DNA from: a virus
Lineage: Duplodnaviria; Caudoviricetes
Direction: 5' to 3' (one strand)
Length of the DNA stretch: 64,000 bases
Virus record (IMG/VR): IMGVR_UViG_3300034161_000018
Span: 96,001-160,000 of that record
Both the position numbers and the translations under genes were made by a program. The notes under the pieces are model-generated. The model was given only the letters and a program-made list of their open reading frames with translations, was not told where the DNA came from and ran no database searches. Positions 19,044 through 28,370 of the stretch are shown here, in pieces (position 1 is the first letter of the stretch; each line of letters starts with the position of its first letter).

Positions 19044-19547
19044 TTACCACGGTTGCGGCGCTGTCAGCTTCACGTAGTTCATGAATTGCTCACAGCGGAT
19101 TCGGTGCTGTTCATGTTTCGGATAGGCCGCATGGATTCGCGCAAACGATCCCAACAGTTCCTGTGCATGAATCGGCTCGCCCAGCCGCCCGTAAACTTCC
19201 CAATTAATCGGCAGGTCGTGGAATGAATGTTCGTTCCCGTCCAACAGAATAACCGGCTCGCTTTGCGGGCGCGGGTCGATGAAGCCAACGTAATTCGGTT
19301 TGTCTTTCCAGTAAAGGATCGCGCTCACCAAATCAAGATCGCCCAACGGAATTGCCTTAACCAATGGCAGGTTTTGAATACGGCGGGTATCACGCTCGCC
19401 AGAACCCAAACCGAAAAAACCGAAAGCATCAGAACTCAAATGCCCCGGAATCAGATTCGGTAGGTTGGTGCTCAGCAGGCGATAGATGCGCCCCGTATTC
19501 TTGTTTTTGAATTCAGCGTAATGAAGTGCAACTTCACTCCGCCGCAT
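19044..19547 (-). CDS. Hypothetical protein, about 167 aa
   Basis: ORF with an in-frame ATG at 19547 preceded by GAGG. Confidence 0.7.
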   Translation of the reverse strand: MRRSEVALHYAEFKNKNTGRIYRLLSTNLPNLIPGHLSSDAFGFFGLGSGERDTRRIQNLPLVKAIPLGDLDLVSAILYWKDKPNYVGFIDPRPQSEPVILLDGNEHSFHDLPINWEVYGRLGEPIHAQELLGSFARIHAAYPKHEQHRIRCEQFMNYVKLTAPQPW

Positions 19548-20004
19548 TTTCGGCAGCCTCGGCAACTACGCCAGCGTCACCTTTCGGGCCGTCGTTTCCG
19601 ACAACGCCAATCGAACGGCCTTTGCGGTCGTAAGCCACGCCGTCTTCAACGTAACCGCCGTCACCGTTTTTGTTGTAAACCCGATTCGATTTCTTCGGGC
19701 CGTCAACCGAAACGTCGGTTTGCTTTTGTTGCTTTTTCAAAATCTCCGACGCCTTTTCAGGAGTCAGACCACGGTGCCACAGCAGACCTTCGACATTCCA
19801 CTGGCAACCCTTTGGAAGTTTTGCGCGGTGGGTAAAAGGCAAACCGTTGTTCGGCGCCGCTGGAATGAATGCGTCATCGCACTCGAAACGGCGTTTTGCG
19901 CTGATCGAATCGCCAGACCAGATACCGTCAATTGGCCCTTTGTAAAAGCCAAGAAACGCGAGGACTAACTGTTGCGCGCAAAGTTCTGTTTGACTGTACT
20001 GCAT
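19534..20004 (-). CDS. Peptidoglycan-binding-domain-like protein
   Basis: AQQLVLAFLGFYKGPIDGIWSGDSISAKRRFE fits the PG_binding_1 pattern Q..L..LG.Y.G..DG.....T..A...F. Strong SD AAGGAG before ATG 20004. Confidence 0.6.
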   Translation of the reverse strand: MQYSQTELCAQQLVLAFLGFYKGPIDGIWSGDSISAKRRFECDDAFIPAAPNNGLPFTHRAKLPKGCQWNVEGLLWHRGLTPEKASEILKKQQKQTDVSVDGPKKSNRVYNKNGDGGYVEDGVAYDRKGRSIGVVGNDGPKGDAGVVAEAAENAAE

Positions 20005-20161
20005 TGCGAATCTCCTTTTTGGTGGGGCCGGGTGGCCCAGCCAGTGGGTTTGGTTTACCGCCATGCAAATGCGACGGCCAGTAGTCGGGGCCGGGAATTC
20101 CCGGTTCGCCCGGTGGGCCTACTTCACCAACATAGTTTGGGCCACACACGTTTTTCACCAT
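19928..20161 (-). CDS. Small ORF with collagen-like G-X-Y repeats (uncertain)
   Basis: GEVGPPGEPGIPGPD...GPPGP. Overlaps the next gene by 77 nt and has a weak SD. Confidence 0.35.
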   Translation of the reverse strand: MVKNVCGPNYVGEVGPPGEPGIPGPDYWPSHLHGGKPNPLAGPPGPTKKEIRNAVQSNRTLRATVSPRVSWLLQRAN

Positions 20162-20192
20162 TTGGAAAGTGGGCCGTCCTTGGCCCGGTTGA

Positions 20193-23100
20193 TTACTTGG
20201 CGTCTTTCGGCGAACGCGGTTTGCGGAACTTGATTTCGGCCAACTCTTTGTTGGCTTCTTTCTCGTTGCTAATCACGTAACCGTTCCGTTTGATTTCTGC
20301 CATTTTCTCTTTCACTTGCGTTTTACCGTCAGCGAAGAAGAACCAGTGACCGTCGCTCAACTGCCATTTCGACGCCGCGCCCGGAACCAGTTTGCCAATG
20401 TGTTTCCGAATGGCAGGGCTGGTGGCGGTATCGACGGCGAGCATCAGTTCGTCGGCCATGAAAATCGGATAAATCCGAATCTCTTTCCGGTTGGTGACGA
20501 TTTTCTTCCGAGTAGCAAAGAACATCGGCATCGTGGACGGAGCAGCCAATTCCAAACTGTACAGGCCGCGCTTGCCCGGTTCAAAAGCATCTTGAACATC
20601 GTTCAAACGAGCTTCGGTTTGTTTCGACAACTCGAAATGTTCTTCGAGGTAATCGAAAATCGCAGCCAAGTTGTTGTAACGCTTCACGGTGATAAACGCA
20701 TACTCGCCGCTGAATTTGAAACCGAGCTTTTTCAGGTTTACATCTGGCCCTTCAAACTCGCCTTCCAGCGTGAGATAACCGTGGTTGAACGCAGGGTGAA
20801 CTTGAACAGTGTTGTCGCCCGCAACAACTGGCGTCACACCGCTTTTGATTTTCTTGTCCACGTTTGCGTCAAACGTTACGCCTTGGTTTACGGGTTTGCC
20901 TTCCTTGATGTTTTCTTTTCGCTTGTCACCAGCCTCCTTTGCACGAATGCGCGTGGTTGCAGTGGCAGCTTCGCGTTTCCGCTTGGCTTCGCGATCCCGT
21001 TCTTCCTGTTCTTCCTGTTCGCGCAATTGCTTGTCGAGTTTGGCTTCTTTCTTCAAATCCGCGTCACGGTAGTTCAGCGAAACTTCAAAGTGTTCATTCC
21101 AGTCCATCGACGAAACGGTAGCGCTCGGCGTGTAAACCGCGCCCAATACGTCGAACGTCATTACCTGTTCGGCGCCATCGAGTGGGTTTTTGAATTTCAC
21201 TTTCACCGAAGAAACAGGGTTGTCCGGATTGTTCCGCAGACGGCACGAAACGATACGGCCAGTACCGAAGTCGGTAATCACCGGCAAGCCGATTAGACCT
21301 TTGTTCGGATCAAGACGAATTTCGTCACTGTTGGAAATCAGTTTTTCAATGCTGATTGGTTTCCAACCGTTCGGATCGGGAATATCTTGGTTGGCAACAA
21401 ACGGAACGCGGATTGTCGCCGAACCAGCCAGCGAAGCTTGGGCTGCAATCGGAATCAAACCGGCTTGGCCGTTGACGCGCATTTCGTTAAACTCTTTCCG
21501 TTCAACACCATTCAACGCCGCATAAGCACGCTGCATGCCGAAGTACGGTTCGTCTTCCAGACGCGAGCGGTTACGCAACGCCTCGACACCCATGCCAAGT
21601 TCTGGCATTTCTTCGTGGGTCGGAACATTGAAGCGTTTGAACACCGGCTGATAAAGCGGGTTTTCACTTTCTTCAACGCGGGTAGTCGAGAACACTTTGG
21701 AAATAACCCGCGCCTGTTTGGCGACTTCCATTGTGTTGTCGGCGAGAACCCAATCGAGATAAATAATGTCGCGGTAAAGTTCGCCTTTGCCGTCTGCTTT
21801 CTCGGTTGCGCCTTTCGGGTCTGGTCGGAAAATACGCGCACTGGTCTGATCCAGTTCGCCCGGCCCCCACGGACTTTCCGCACGAATAATGCGGCTAGCC
21901 ATTTGCAGGTTGTGACCTTCGGACATACCTTGTTCGTTGGCAATCAGAATTGTACGGCGTGGATCGGTTTTGAATTCCTCAAAGCCTTTCCATTTGTTGC
22001 CGTTCTTGCCAGTGAAGACGGTTGCTTGTTTCTGGTATTCCGGAGGCAACGCATCGAAAACTGCCTGCGCCGAATCCGTGTAACGGGTGATGATGATTAC
22101 TTTGCCGAGCGGTTCTTTTTTCCAAACGGTCGGATTCTTGTCTGGCGCGATACCGATTGTTTCATCCGGCAGCGGCAGCAAAGCATCAGTGCTTGGGTCA
22201 AGTTTCCGCGCCAGCCACCAATCGCCTTTGTAAACAACGAGGTCGTATTCGTTGTAATGACGCGTGGTTGGATTTCCGTTTTTGTCATAAGTTGCCATGA
22301 CGCCTTCGGAAGTCCAAGCTGGTGGGTTGAAGTGACGTTCAACCAACTTGGCAATGTATTTTGCTTTTCGGGAAGTGTAACGCTTGCCTTCACCGAAAAT
22401 GTTTTTGTACAACGGGTCGTGTTCTGGAGCGATAATCATCCGCTCGAAACGCGCCATGTATTCCTTGAACGCTTCGGCGTCCACACCTTCCGGAAGACCG
22501 TCAGCAACGTCATCCACGCGGCTAGAGCCACCGGCGTTTTCGTCCATCTTTTCTTCTTTTTCTTCGGAATCAGTGTTGCGCTTCCGGGTATCGTTTACCG
22601 ATTTTGCTTTGGCAAACAATTCCTTGATCGCTTCCTCAGTGATTTCGAGAACGGTGCTGTACAACTGTTCGTGCAGTTCCTGATCCGCACGTTCCGGGCC
22701 AGAAGCTTTGTCGTCCACCAACGGAATACCGTGGAAACGTTCGATTGGAGAAGGCAACATCCACGCCCACTCTTTTCGTTTCTTGTAAACGACAGCGCCG
22801 TAACGTCCGAGTTTTTCCCGCGCACGCGACGGAGTACCGGCTTGCCACGTTGGGATTTTCTCACCGCCCAATTTCAGGCGACGTTCTTCGGCTTCTGCAT
22901 CTTCCACTTTCAGGTCGGACAATTCGCCCGCACGGAAAATGTGTGGAGAATACAGATTCACTTGCGCTTCCAAGTCGGCAGGCGTGTTCGGCATCAGAGT
23001 ACCGGACGCAATACGCAACCATTTAACGAAAGTCGCAGTGGTCACAGCTTTCACAATTTTGTGACGCTGGCTGGCGTTGTTTTTCAGTTTGTGCGATTCG

Positions 23101-26100
23101 TCGATGATGATGTAGTTCGGGGCCAAGCGTTTGATAAACTCTTGGTGGCCGGAAATACGCACAACCGAAGTACCGATTACCACGTTCTGGCGAGCGTTCG
23201 ACATAAACGCCATACCAGTAATGAAAATGGTATTTGGCGGCGCGTTGTCCATCACTTCTTGCAAACGTTCAGCGCCCCAGCGGGCCATGATCGCGGTGGA
23301 AATAGGAACGGCGTTCCAAGTAGCTCCGAGGAAATACTTAATGTCGTCGCACCACGTTTTAATCAGGTTGTCCGGCGCGATTACCAAAGGCTTCACGCGA
23401 ACATTCAGCGACAACAGTTCGCCCGCGAGTGCGGCCATGTCCATTGCGCCAATACCGGTTTTACCACCACCCGGAGAAATTGCAAGAATCGCAAACGGCG
23501 GCGGCTCTTTTTTCCGGAGGTACGCTTGAGTGTCCAACTGGTGCGGGAACACAGCGCGTTTGTCTTGCAAGCCGGGAACGATCAATTCGTCGGCGGTAAA
23601 GTTTGGATTCTTGCCGATGGATTCCATCTGCGCACGGGCTTGCTCGAACAGAGTTTCTTTGTTCGGAATGTATTTGCCCAACATCACGGCCAACGGTTTC
23701 ACAACTTCCATCACGTCACGGTTGGTCTGCCGTTTGATCGTGTTGGTTTGCATTTGTCCGTATTGGTTTGGTGTTTCGTAAGTCTGGCGCCCCTGTTTAC
23801 CACCGACCAATTCCAGCGGAGACAGTTTGTTGATTTCGTCGAAAATCAGTTTCAGAATCTGACCGCCGAAGTACGAATAGAGTTTCCCGAATTCGTGCAT
23901 TGGGCTGGCGTGAGCCGAGAAGTAATCGTCGTGCTCAGCGATTCGCTGATTCATTTCTGTGCGAGTGAGGCGACCACCTTCGCTCAGAATTTCGTTGTAC
24001 ATATTGGAACTGGAACCGCCAGACGCTTCGCCCAACACGTTTGCGAATGCACCGAGTACCGCTTCGATTGCGCGCAAGTGAGTCGGAACGTAAGTGGCTT
24101 TCGGCGCACCGTCATTGGTGAACCAGCCGCTGTAAAGGCGGATGTTGTCTTTTCCGTTTTCCGGAAGTTCTTGGCCGTAACCGAGATTGCGCATTGCTTG
24201 CGCAGCCAGTTCTTGCAGGCTCATGAATTTCTTTTCGACGTACACGTTCTGGAAGTAGAAAGTCAGAACTTGTTGCAGCGGCGAACTTGGGCTGGTAGCG
24301 AATGCACGCGGGTCGTATTCCGAACCGAATTTACCGCCAGCGTATTGCGCCACGTCGTCAACGGAATTGATGTTCGTGGTCATCAGGTACATGGAAGACG
24401 CAAAGTCTTTCTGCACCGGTTTCGGCGAATCCGGATCAGCCAAGTTCATGCCGAGGTAATCGGCGATTGCCAGACTGTCAGGCTTTTTCGAGCCGACTTC
24501 CAAATCAGTTTCCAGCACGCCCGGAACAGTGGTCGCACGAATGGAAATACCGTAGTCCCAGTCGTAAGAAATCACGGTGCCGACGTAGCTTTTCAATTGC
24601 GACAACAGCGCTTCGATACGCTCGAAATCAGAATCGGAAACCATGTTCCAGTTGGAACGCAGCGGAGCCTGTGCGAAGTTTTGCACGTTGATTTTGTATT
24701 GACCGCAAAGGCCAAACAATTCTTCGCAGATTGCTTCGTATTCGGTCGCCAGTTTCATTTCGTCGCGGACTTTGGAATCCGGGCGATACTTGATGTTGCC
24801 GTTCGGGTCGAGATACAAACCGTCATCGTTGGCGCGGGTCTGTTCGGTAATCAGACCTTCCGCTTTCCGCGCAGCCGTCACATTCATTACGCTGGAAGCG
24901 GGCAGAATGTAGCGCGGGATTTCGTTCATTTTCAAACTGGCATTGGAAGGCGCATTGTCACCGCTTTTCTTTTTGCCGCCACCTTTCACGCGCAGGAATT
25001 GACGCGACCAGATGGAGAACCAGTTGTTCATCACGTACAGACTCGGATTTTTGTTGTCCGGAGTTTGGGTGATGAAACGCGCAACGTCTTCCTCGAAAGT
25101 GAAACGCGGCGCCGCACGCAATTGGCCGTTCAGCAATTCAGCTTCTGGCACAATGCGGTTAATGTCATTCAGTTGCGAGTTAATCAGACCTTCACGATCT
25201 TGAGTGTCGGTTTTCTCGCCAACGTTCGCAACGTTCAGAACTTCGGTGCTTGGGAAACGGAACAGGTCGAAAGAAATGAACTGATCCAGCGACGCACGCG
25301 TGTACGACATATTGCGCACGATGGTTTTCGGCAAATCAAAGCCGACCACACGCTCGAAAATGGTTTCGATTTCTTCAAACTTGGTGTTGACCGGCAGAAC
25401 ACGATTGCGCAGTTTTGCGGAAATCGAAGCATCGCCGTAAAGGAACTCGACGATTTCTTTTGCGGCCTTGATAACTTTCAGGCAGGTCGGAGAAGACCAC
25501 GCTTGCAGGCGTTCGTCTTGCGCACCCGGCATGCTGGAGTAATACGAATTGCCTTGGTTCGACGTTGCCAGTTTGCGGTTGGTGCGATTGGTGCCGCCGA
25601 AAAGATACGACGGTGCGGTTTGCGCATTGGTGCCGCCCGAAAGCGAAACATCCAAACCGTTTTTGTACGCGTCCGACTGAATAACGCTGTGCGTGTGGCC
25701 GCTCATGAAAGCCATGATGAACATGCGCGCATCGTTGTCGGCGTTGGTGCCGTTCACGTCTTCGGAAAGGGCGCGCCCGTAGTGCATTGCGATACGAGAT
25801 TGCAAAGCATCGCGGTCGTTTTCCACGCGGAAAATGTTGCGACCATCCAGCATGATGTTACGCATGAAACTGAAAAACGCATTCAGACGGTTGGTAACAT
25901 CCGCCATGTCTTGGAATGCGCCAAGCAGGAATTCCTTACCACCGCCCGACTTTGCGGAATCGGTTGGGAAGAAAAATGCGTTGTATTCTTTTTCACGTTC
26001 CGGCGACAGAGAAACTGGACGCAGGGCCGTGAGTTGTTTGGTCGAGTCGCCAGCAGCGGAAAGCGAAATGAAAGGTTCACTTCCTTCCGGTTGGAATTCA

Positions 26101-26171
26101 TCATCCATTTCCGCTGCGGCGATGGCCTGCATTTCTGCAACTTCATCAGACCAAGGGCGTTTGTTCAGCAT
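20193..26171 (-). CDS. 1992-aa protein with central SNF2-family helicase/ATPase domain, probably virion-associated
   Basis: ILAISPGGGKT (I), IIIDESHKLKN (II), IASGTLMPN (III), EGHNLQMASRII..ESPW (V), LDQTSARIFR (VI). Confidence 0.85.
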   Translation of the reverse strand: MLNKRPWSDEVAEMQAIAAAEMDDEFQPEGSEPFISLSAAGDSTKQLTALRPVSLSPEREKEYNAFFFPTDSAKSGGGKEFLLGAFQDMADVTNRLNAFFSFMRNIMLDGRNIFRVENDRDALQSRIAMHYGRALSEDVNGTNADNDARMFIMAFMSGHTHSVIQSDAYKNGLDVSLSGGTNAQTAPSYLFGGTNRTNRKLATSNQGNSYYSSMPGAQDERLQAWSSPTCLKVIKAAKEIVEFLYGDASISAKLRNRVLPVNTKFEEIETIFERVVGFDLPKTIVRNMSYTRASLDQFISFDLFRFPSTEVLNVANVGEKTDTQDREGLINSQLNDINRIVPEAELLNGQLRAAPRFTFEEDVARFITQTPDNKNPSLYVMNNWFSIWSRQFLRVKGGGKKKSGDNAPSNASLKMNEIPRYILPASSVMNVTAARKAEGLITEQTRANDDGLYLDPNGNIKYRPDSKVRDEMKLATEYEAICEELFGLCGQYKINVQNFAQAPLRSNWNMVSDSDFERIEALLSQLKSYVGTVISYDWDYGISIRATTVPGVLETDLEVGSKKPDSLAIADYLGMNLADPDSPKPVQKDFASSMYLMTTNINSVDDVAQYAGGKFGSEYDPRAFATSPSSPLQQVLTFYFQNVYVEKKFMSLQELAAQAMRNLGYGQELPENGKDNIRLYSGWFTNDGAPKATYVPTHLRAIEAVLGAFANVLGEASGGSSSNMYNEILSEGGRLTRTEMNQRIAEHDDYFSAHASPMHEFGKLYSYFGGQILKLIFDEINKLSPLELVGGKQGRQTYETPNQYGQMQTNTIKRQTNRDVMEVVKPLAVMLGKYIPNKETLFEQARAQMESIGKNPNFTADELIVPGLQDKRAVFPHQLDTQAYLRKKEPPPFAILAISPGGGKTGIGAMDMAALAGELLSLNVRVKPLVIAPDNLIKTWCDDIKYFLGATWNAVPISTAIMARWGAERLQEVMDNAPPNTIFITGMAFMSNARQNVVIGTSVVRISGHQEFIKRLAPNYIIIDESHKLKNNASQRHKIVKAVTTATFVKWLRIASGTLMPNTPADLEAQVNLYSPHIFRAGELSDLKVEDAEAEERRLKLGGEKIPTWQAGTPSRAREKLGRYGAVVYKKRKEWAWMLPSPIERFHGIPLVDDKASGPERADQELHEQLYSTVLEITEEAIKELFAKAKSVNDTRKRNTDSEEKEEKMDENAGGSSRVDDVADGLPEGVDAEAFKEYMARFERMIIAPEHDPLYKNIFGEGKRYTSRKAKYIAKLVERHFNPPAWTSEGVMATYDKNGNPTTRHYNEYDLVVYKGDWWLARKLDPSTDALLPLPDETIGIAPDKNPTVWKKEPLGKVIIITRYTDSAQAVFDALPPEYQKQATVFTGKNGNKWKGFEEFKTDPRRTILIANEQGMSEGHNLQMASRIIRAESPWGPGELDQTSARIFRPDPKGATEKADGKGELYRDIIYLDWVLADNTMEVAKQARVISKVFSTTRVEESENPLYQPVFKRFNVPTHEEMPELGMGVEALRNRSRLEDEPYFGMQRAYAALNGVERKEFNEMRVNGQAGLIPIAAQASLAGSATIRVPFVANQDIPDPNGWKPISIEKLISNSDEIRLDPNKGLIGLPVITDFGTGRIVSCRLRNNPDNPVSSVKVKFKNPLDGAEQVMTFDVLGAVYTPSATVSSMDWNEHFEVSLNYRDADLKKEAKLDKQLREQEEQEERDREAKRKREAATATTRIRAKEAGDKRKENIKEGKPVNQGVTFDANVDKKIKSGVTPVVAGDNTVQVHPAFNHGYLTLEGEFEGPDVNLKKLGFKFSGEYAFITVKRYNNLAAIFDYLEEHFELSKQTEARLNDVQDAFEPGKRGLYSLELAAPSTMPMFFATRKKIVTNRKEIRIYPIFMADELMLAVDTATSPAIRKHIGKLVPGAASKWQLSDGHWFFFADGKTQVKEKMAEIKRNGYVISNEKEANKELAEIKFRKPRSPKDAK

Positions 26172-26173
26172 TG

Positions 26174-26578
26174 TTAATCCTCGTTCATTTCACCCGCCGA
26201 AGCGGCAATAGTGAGCCAGAGACTTGGAGCCGTAACTTCTTTTTCGTTTGCGATCCGAATCAGAATACGTGCCAAAGACAGGCGGGCCGGGGCTGTACGA
26301 ATGCGAGCGAACACCGACTTCTTGTAAAAGAAAATCAGGTCATTCACTTCCTGTTTATTCAACTGTTCGTAAGCCGCGTCTTCTTCTTCGGAACTGGCGG
26401 TATCTGGCACCGGCGCAACGAAGTTTGCAAACACGTCACTGGCCAAATCCTGAATGTCGTTCCGGACTTCTTCCACCGAAACTTTCAGTGCGGCGATTTT
26501 CTCGGCGTCACTCAGCGTCGGATGGTTGATAACGTCTCGGAGGGTATTGATACCGTCGAGCACCTGTTTTGCAGACAT
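26174..26578 (-). CDS. Hypothetical protein (start MSAKQ at 26578)
   Basis: TAATG overlap and SD AGGAG. Confidence 0.75.
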   Translation of the reverse strand: MSAKQVLDGINTLRDVINHPTLSDAEKIAALKVSVEEVRNDIQDLASDVFANFVAPVPDTASSEEEDAAYEQLNKQEVNDLIFFYKKSVFARIRTAPARLSLARILIRIANEKEVTAPSLWLTIAASAGEMNED

Positions 26579-27216
26579 TAAATAACTCCTGAAATGGCCG
26601 ATTGCCAAAGTTTCTTCAATTGCTTTTCGGCATCCGGATACGTGGGGAACGCGGCTTCCGGCGTCACCTGATATTGCAACAGCAGTGAACCGTTACGCAG
26701 CCGACAAACTTGCAGGCTCCACGTTTTGTCACGATAAAAATCGTACCAATCGCGGCGGTGAATATTGAACTCGGTTGGGCGTCCCTTTGCCATTAACTGC
26801 TCAGGGAAATTCGGAAAAGCTTTTAGCTGTTCCATTCGCTTCAACAGAAAGTCCAACTCGAACCCAGCACGCGGACGCAAAACAATGCGCCCCGTAATCG
26901 TTGGCCGGTAAATCACATTTATCTGCGGCGCGTGCGGCAGGTCGATTGTCAGTTTGGTTTTCCCGACATTCATGTGATTCAAAACGTAGGTCAGATCGAG
27001 CTTACGCTTTAGCTGCTCCACAATACTCTTTACAGTTATGAACCGCTTGACTGAGAATTGCGTTTTCGTTTTGAAACCGGCTTGTGTCAACAGGATTCGG
27101 AAAGCGTCCTCGACAATCAAAGGATTGATCTTGAGAACGTCTTGAACTGCGGTTAAATCAGTAAACGCATTCCACGTTTCCGTAAAATGTTCGTCGAGGT
27201 CTGGAGGGAATCTCAT
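26578..27216 (-). CDS. Hypothetical protein (start MRFPPD at 27216)
   Basis: ATGA overlap with the HNH gene and SD GAAGGGG. Confidence 0.75.
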   Translation of the reverse strand: MRFPPDLDEHFTETWNAFTDLTAVQDVLKINPLIVEDAFRILLTQAGFKTKTQFSVKRFITVKSIVEQLKRKLDLTYVLNHMNVGKTKLTIDLPHAPQINVIYRPTITGRIVLRPRAGFELDFLLKRMEQLKAFPNFPEQLMAKGRPTEFNIHRRDWYDFYRDKTWSLQVCRLRNGSLLLQYQVTPEAAFPTYPDAEKQLKKLWQSAISGVI

Positions 27217-27539
27217 TTTGTCCCCTTCAAGATTAAATGTTTCGCTTGTTTGTGTCCGGGCCGTAGCGAATGGTGATACGCGCACAGCGTCCAAAGATTC
27301 CGCATTACAGATAAACCGCCTTTTGCAACCGGGCGAATATGGTCAACCTGTAAGTGTTCCGTGCTTCCGCACTTTCTGCATTTACCGCCATCACGCGCAA
27401 TTACAGCGGCGCGCAATTTCATCCAGTCCCCGTATGATCCATACGCCTTTTCTTTCGAGCGGCGAATCTTGGCGACGATTGCAGGTTTAGCAGAAATCCG
27501 CTTTACCTTGTGTGGCCTATACGGTTTCTTTGTTGTCAT
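27213..27539 (-). CDS. HNH endonuclease, 108 aa
   Basis: RDGGKCRKCG...QVDHIRPVAKGG..VMRNLWTLCAYHH. Confidence 0.92.
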   Translation of the reverse strand: MTTKKPYRPHKVKRISAKPAIVAKIRRSKEKAYGSYGDWMKLRAAVIARDGGKCRKCGSTEHLQVDHIRPVAKGGLSVMRNLWTLCAYHHSLRPGHKQAKHLILKGTK

Positions 27540-28321
27540 GCCAACACCTTACGAACTTTGTCCACCATTACAGCGTGTTCGCCTTGGGCACGCAGGCCCG
27601 CATCTGCGGCAGCATCACCAAGTTTTCGCAAAAGGTCTTCGCGAATGTCTCGATCTTTTACCGCTGCACTGATGTTGGATTGCATCGTGAAATAAAGGTC
27701 GAGAATGAACTGGCCGACCTGTTTGGTAAACGGGTTTAGTGCCACTTGTTCCAGTTCAGAAATTTGCTGACCAATATCTTTCGTGGCCCGCATATCCGCA
27801 ATCAATTCACGGATTTGAGAATAAAGAGAATTCAGTGCGTACACGTCAGAGCTTTTGATGTTGTGTTCAACCATCTGGAGTTCAAGACGGCTTGCCAGTT
27901 CGACCGAGTTTTCAAACATATCCCGGTACTGACTATCGAATTCATCACCAGTGTCTGGCAGTAGTGCAAATTCTTCAATTGCTTTGATCGCTTTCGATTT
28001 CTTTTTAGCGATTTTTTCTTTGGCCTGACTCGGAGTGTAAACCGCGAGGCGTTTGCTTTCACCTTCGATAATCAAACCGGTTTTGCGTTTCTTCTTTTTG
28101 AGCTTACCGTCTTTCGCATCCATACCGGATTTGAATTTCTTGTCCGGCACTTCTTCAAACGCGGCCTCTTTGACGACGCGCTTTTTCTTTTTACCCGTTC
28201 CAGTGCGCCGCCCAGCTTCGTCGGCGTCTCTGTCTTTTTTGACGCGGCCACGTTCGTCGAGTTCAACATCGCGACCGGATACGTCGAAAACAGAATCACC
28301 GTTGCGCTTAGACTTTTTCAT
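27536..28321 (-). CDS. Protein with Lys-rich N-terminus and helical C-terminal domain (start MKKSKR at 28321)
   Basis: SD AGGAG and a terminator just upstream. The ORF track start at 28618 is over-extended. Confidence 0.75.
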   Translation of the reverse strand: MKKSKRNGDSVFDVSGRDVELDERGRVKKDRDADEAGRRTGTGKKKKRVVKEAAFEEVPDKKFKSGMDAKDGKLKKKKRKTGLIIEGESKRLAVYTPSQAKEKIAKKKSKAIKAIEEFALLPDTGDEFDSQYRDMFENSVELASRLELQMVEHNIKSSDVYALNSLYSQIRELIADMRATKDIGQQISELEQVALNPFTKQVGQFILDLYFTMQSNISAAVKDRDIREDLLRKLGDAAADAGLRAQGEHAVMVDKVRKVLA

Positions 28322-28338
28322 TGCGGCTCCTAAACACG

Positions 28339-28357
28339 AAAAGGGGGCTAAGCCCCC
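28339..28357 (-). terminator. Rho-independent terminator
   Basis: GGGGGC-TTA-GCCCCC followed by TTTT. Confidence 0.75.
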
Positions 28358-28370
28358 GATTCGGTTTTGA

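Noticed and set aside
21387-26177. 1596-aa plus-strand ORF, and other long antisense ORFs such as 780-3149, 4361-5362, 16273-17844 and 61954-63975
   Set aside because: These are shadows of strongly codon-biased genes on the opposite strand. They have no motifs or SD, and their composition is the mirror image of the real gene.
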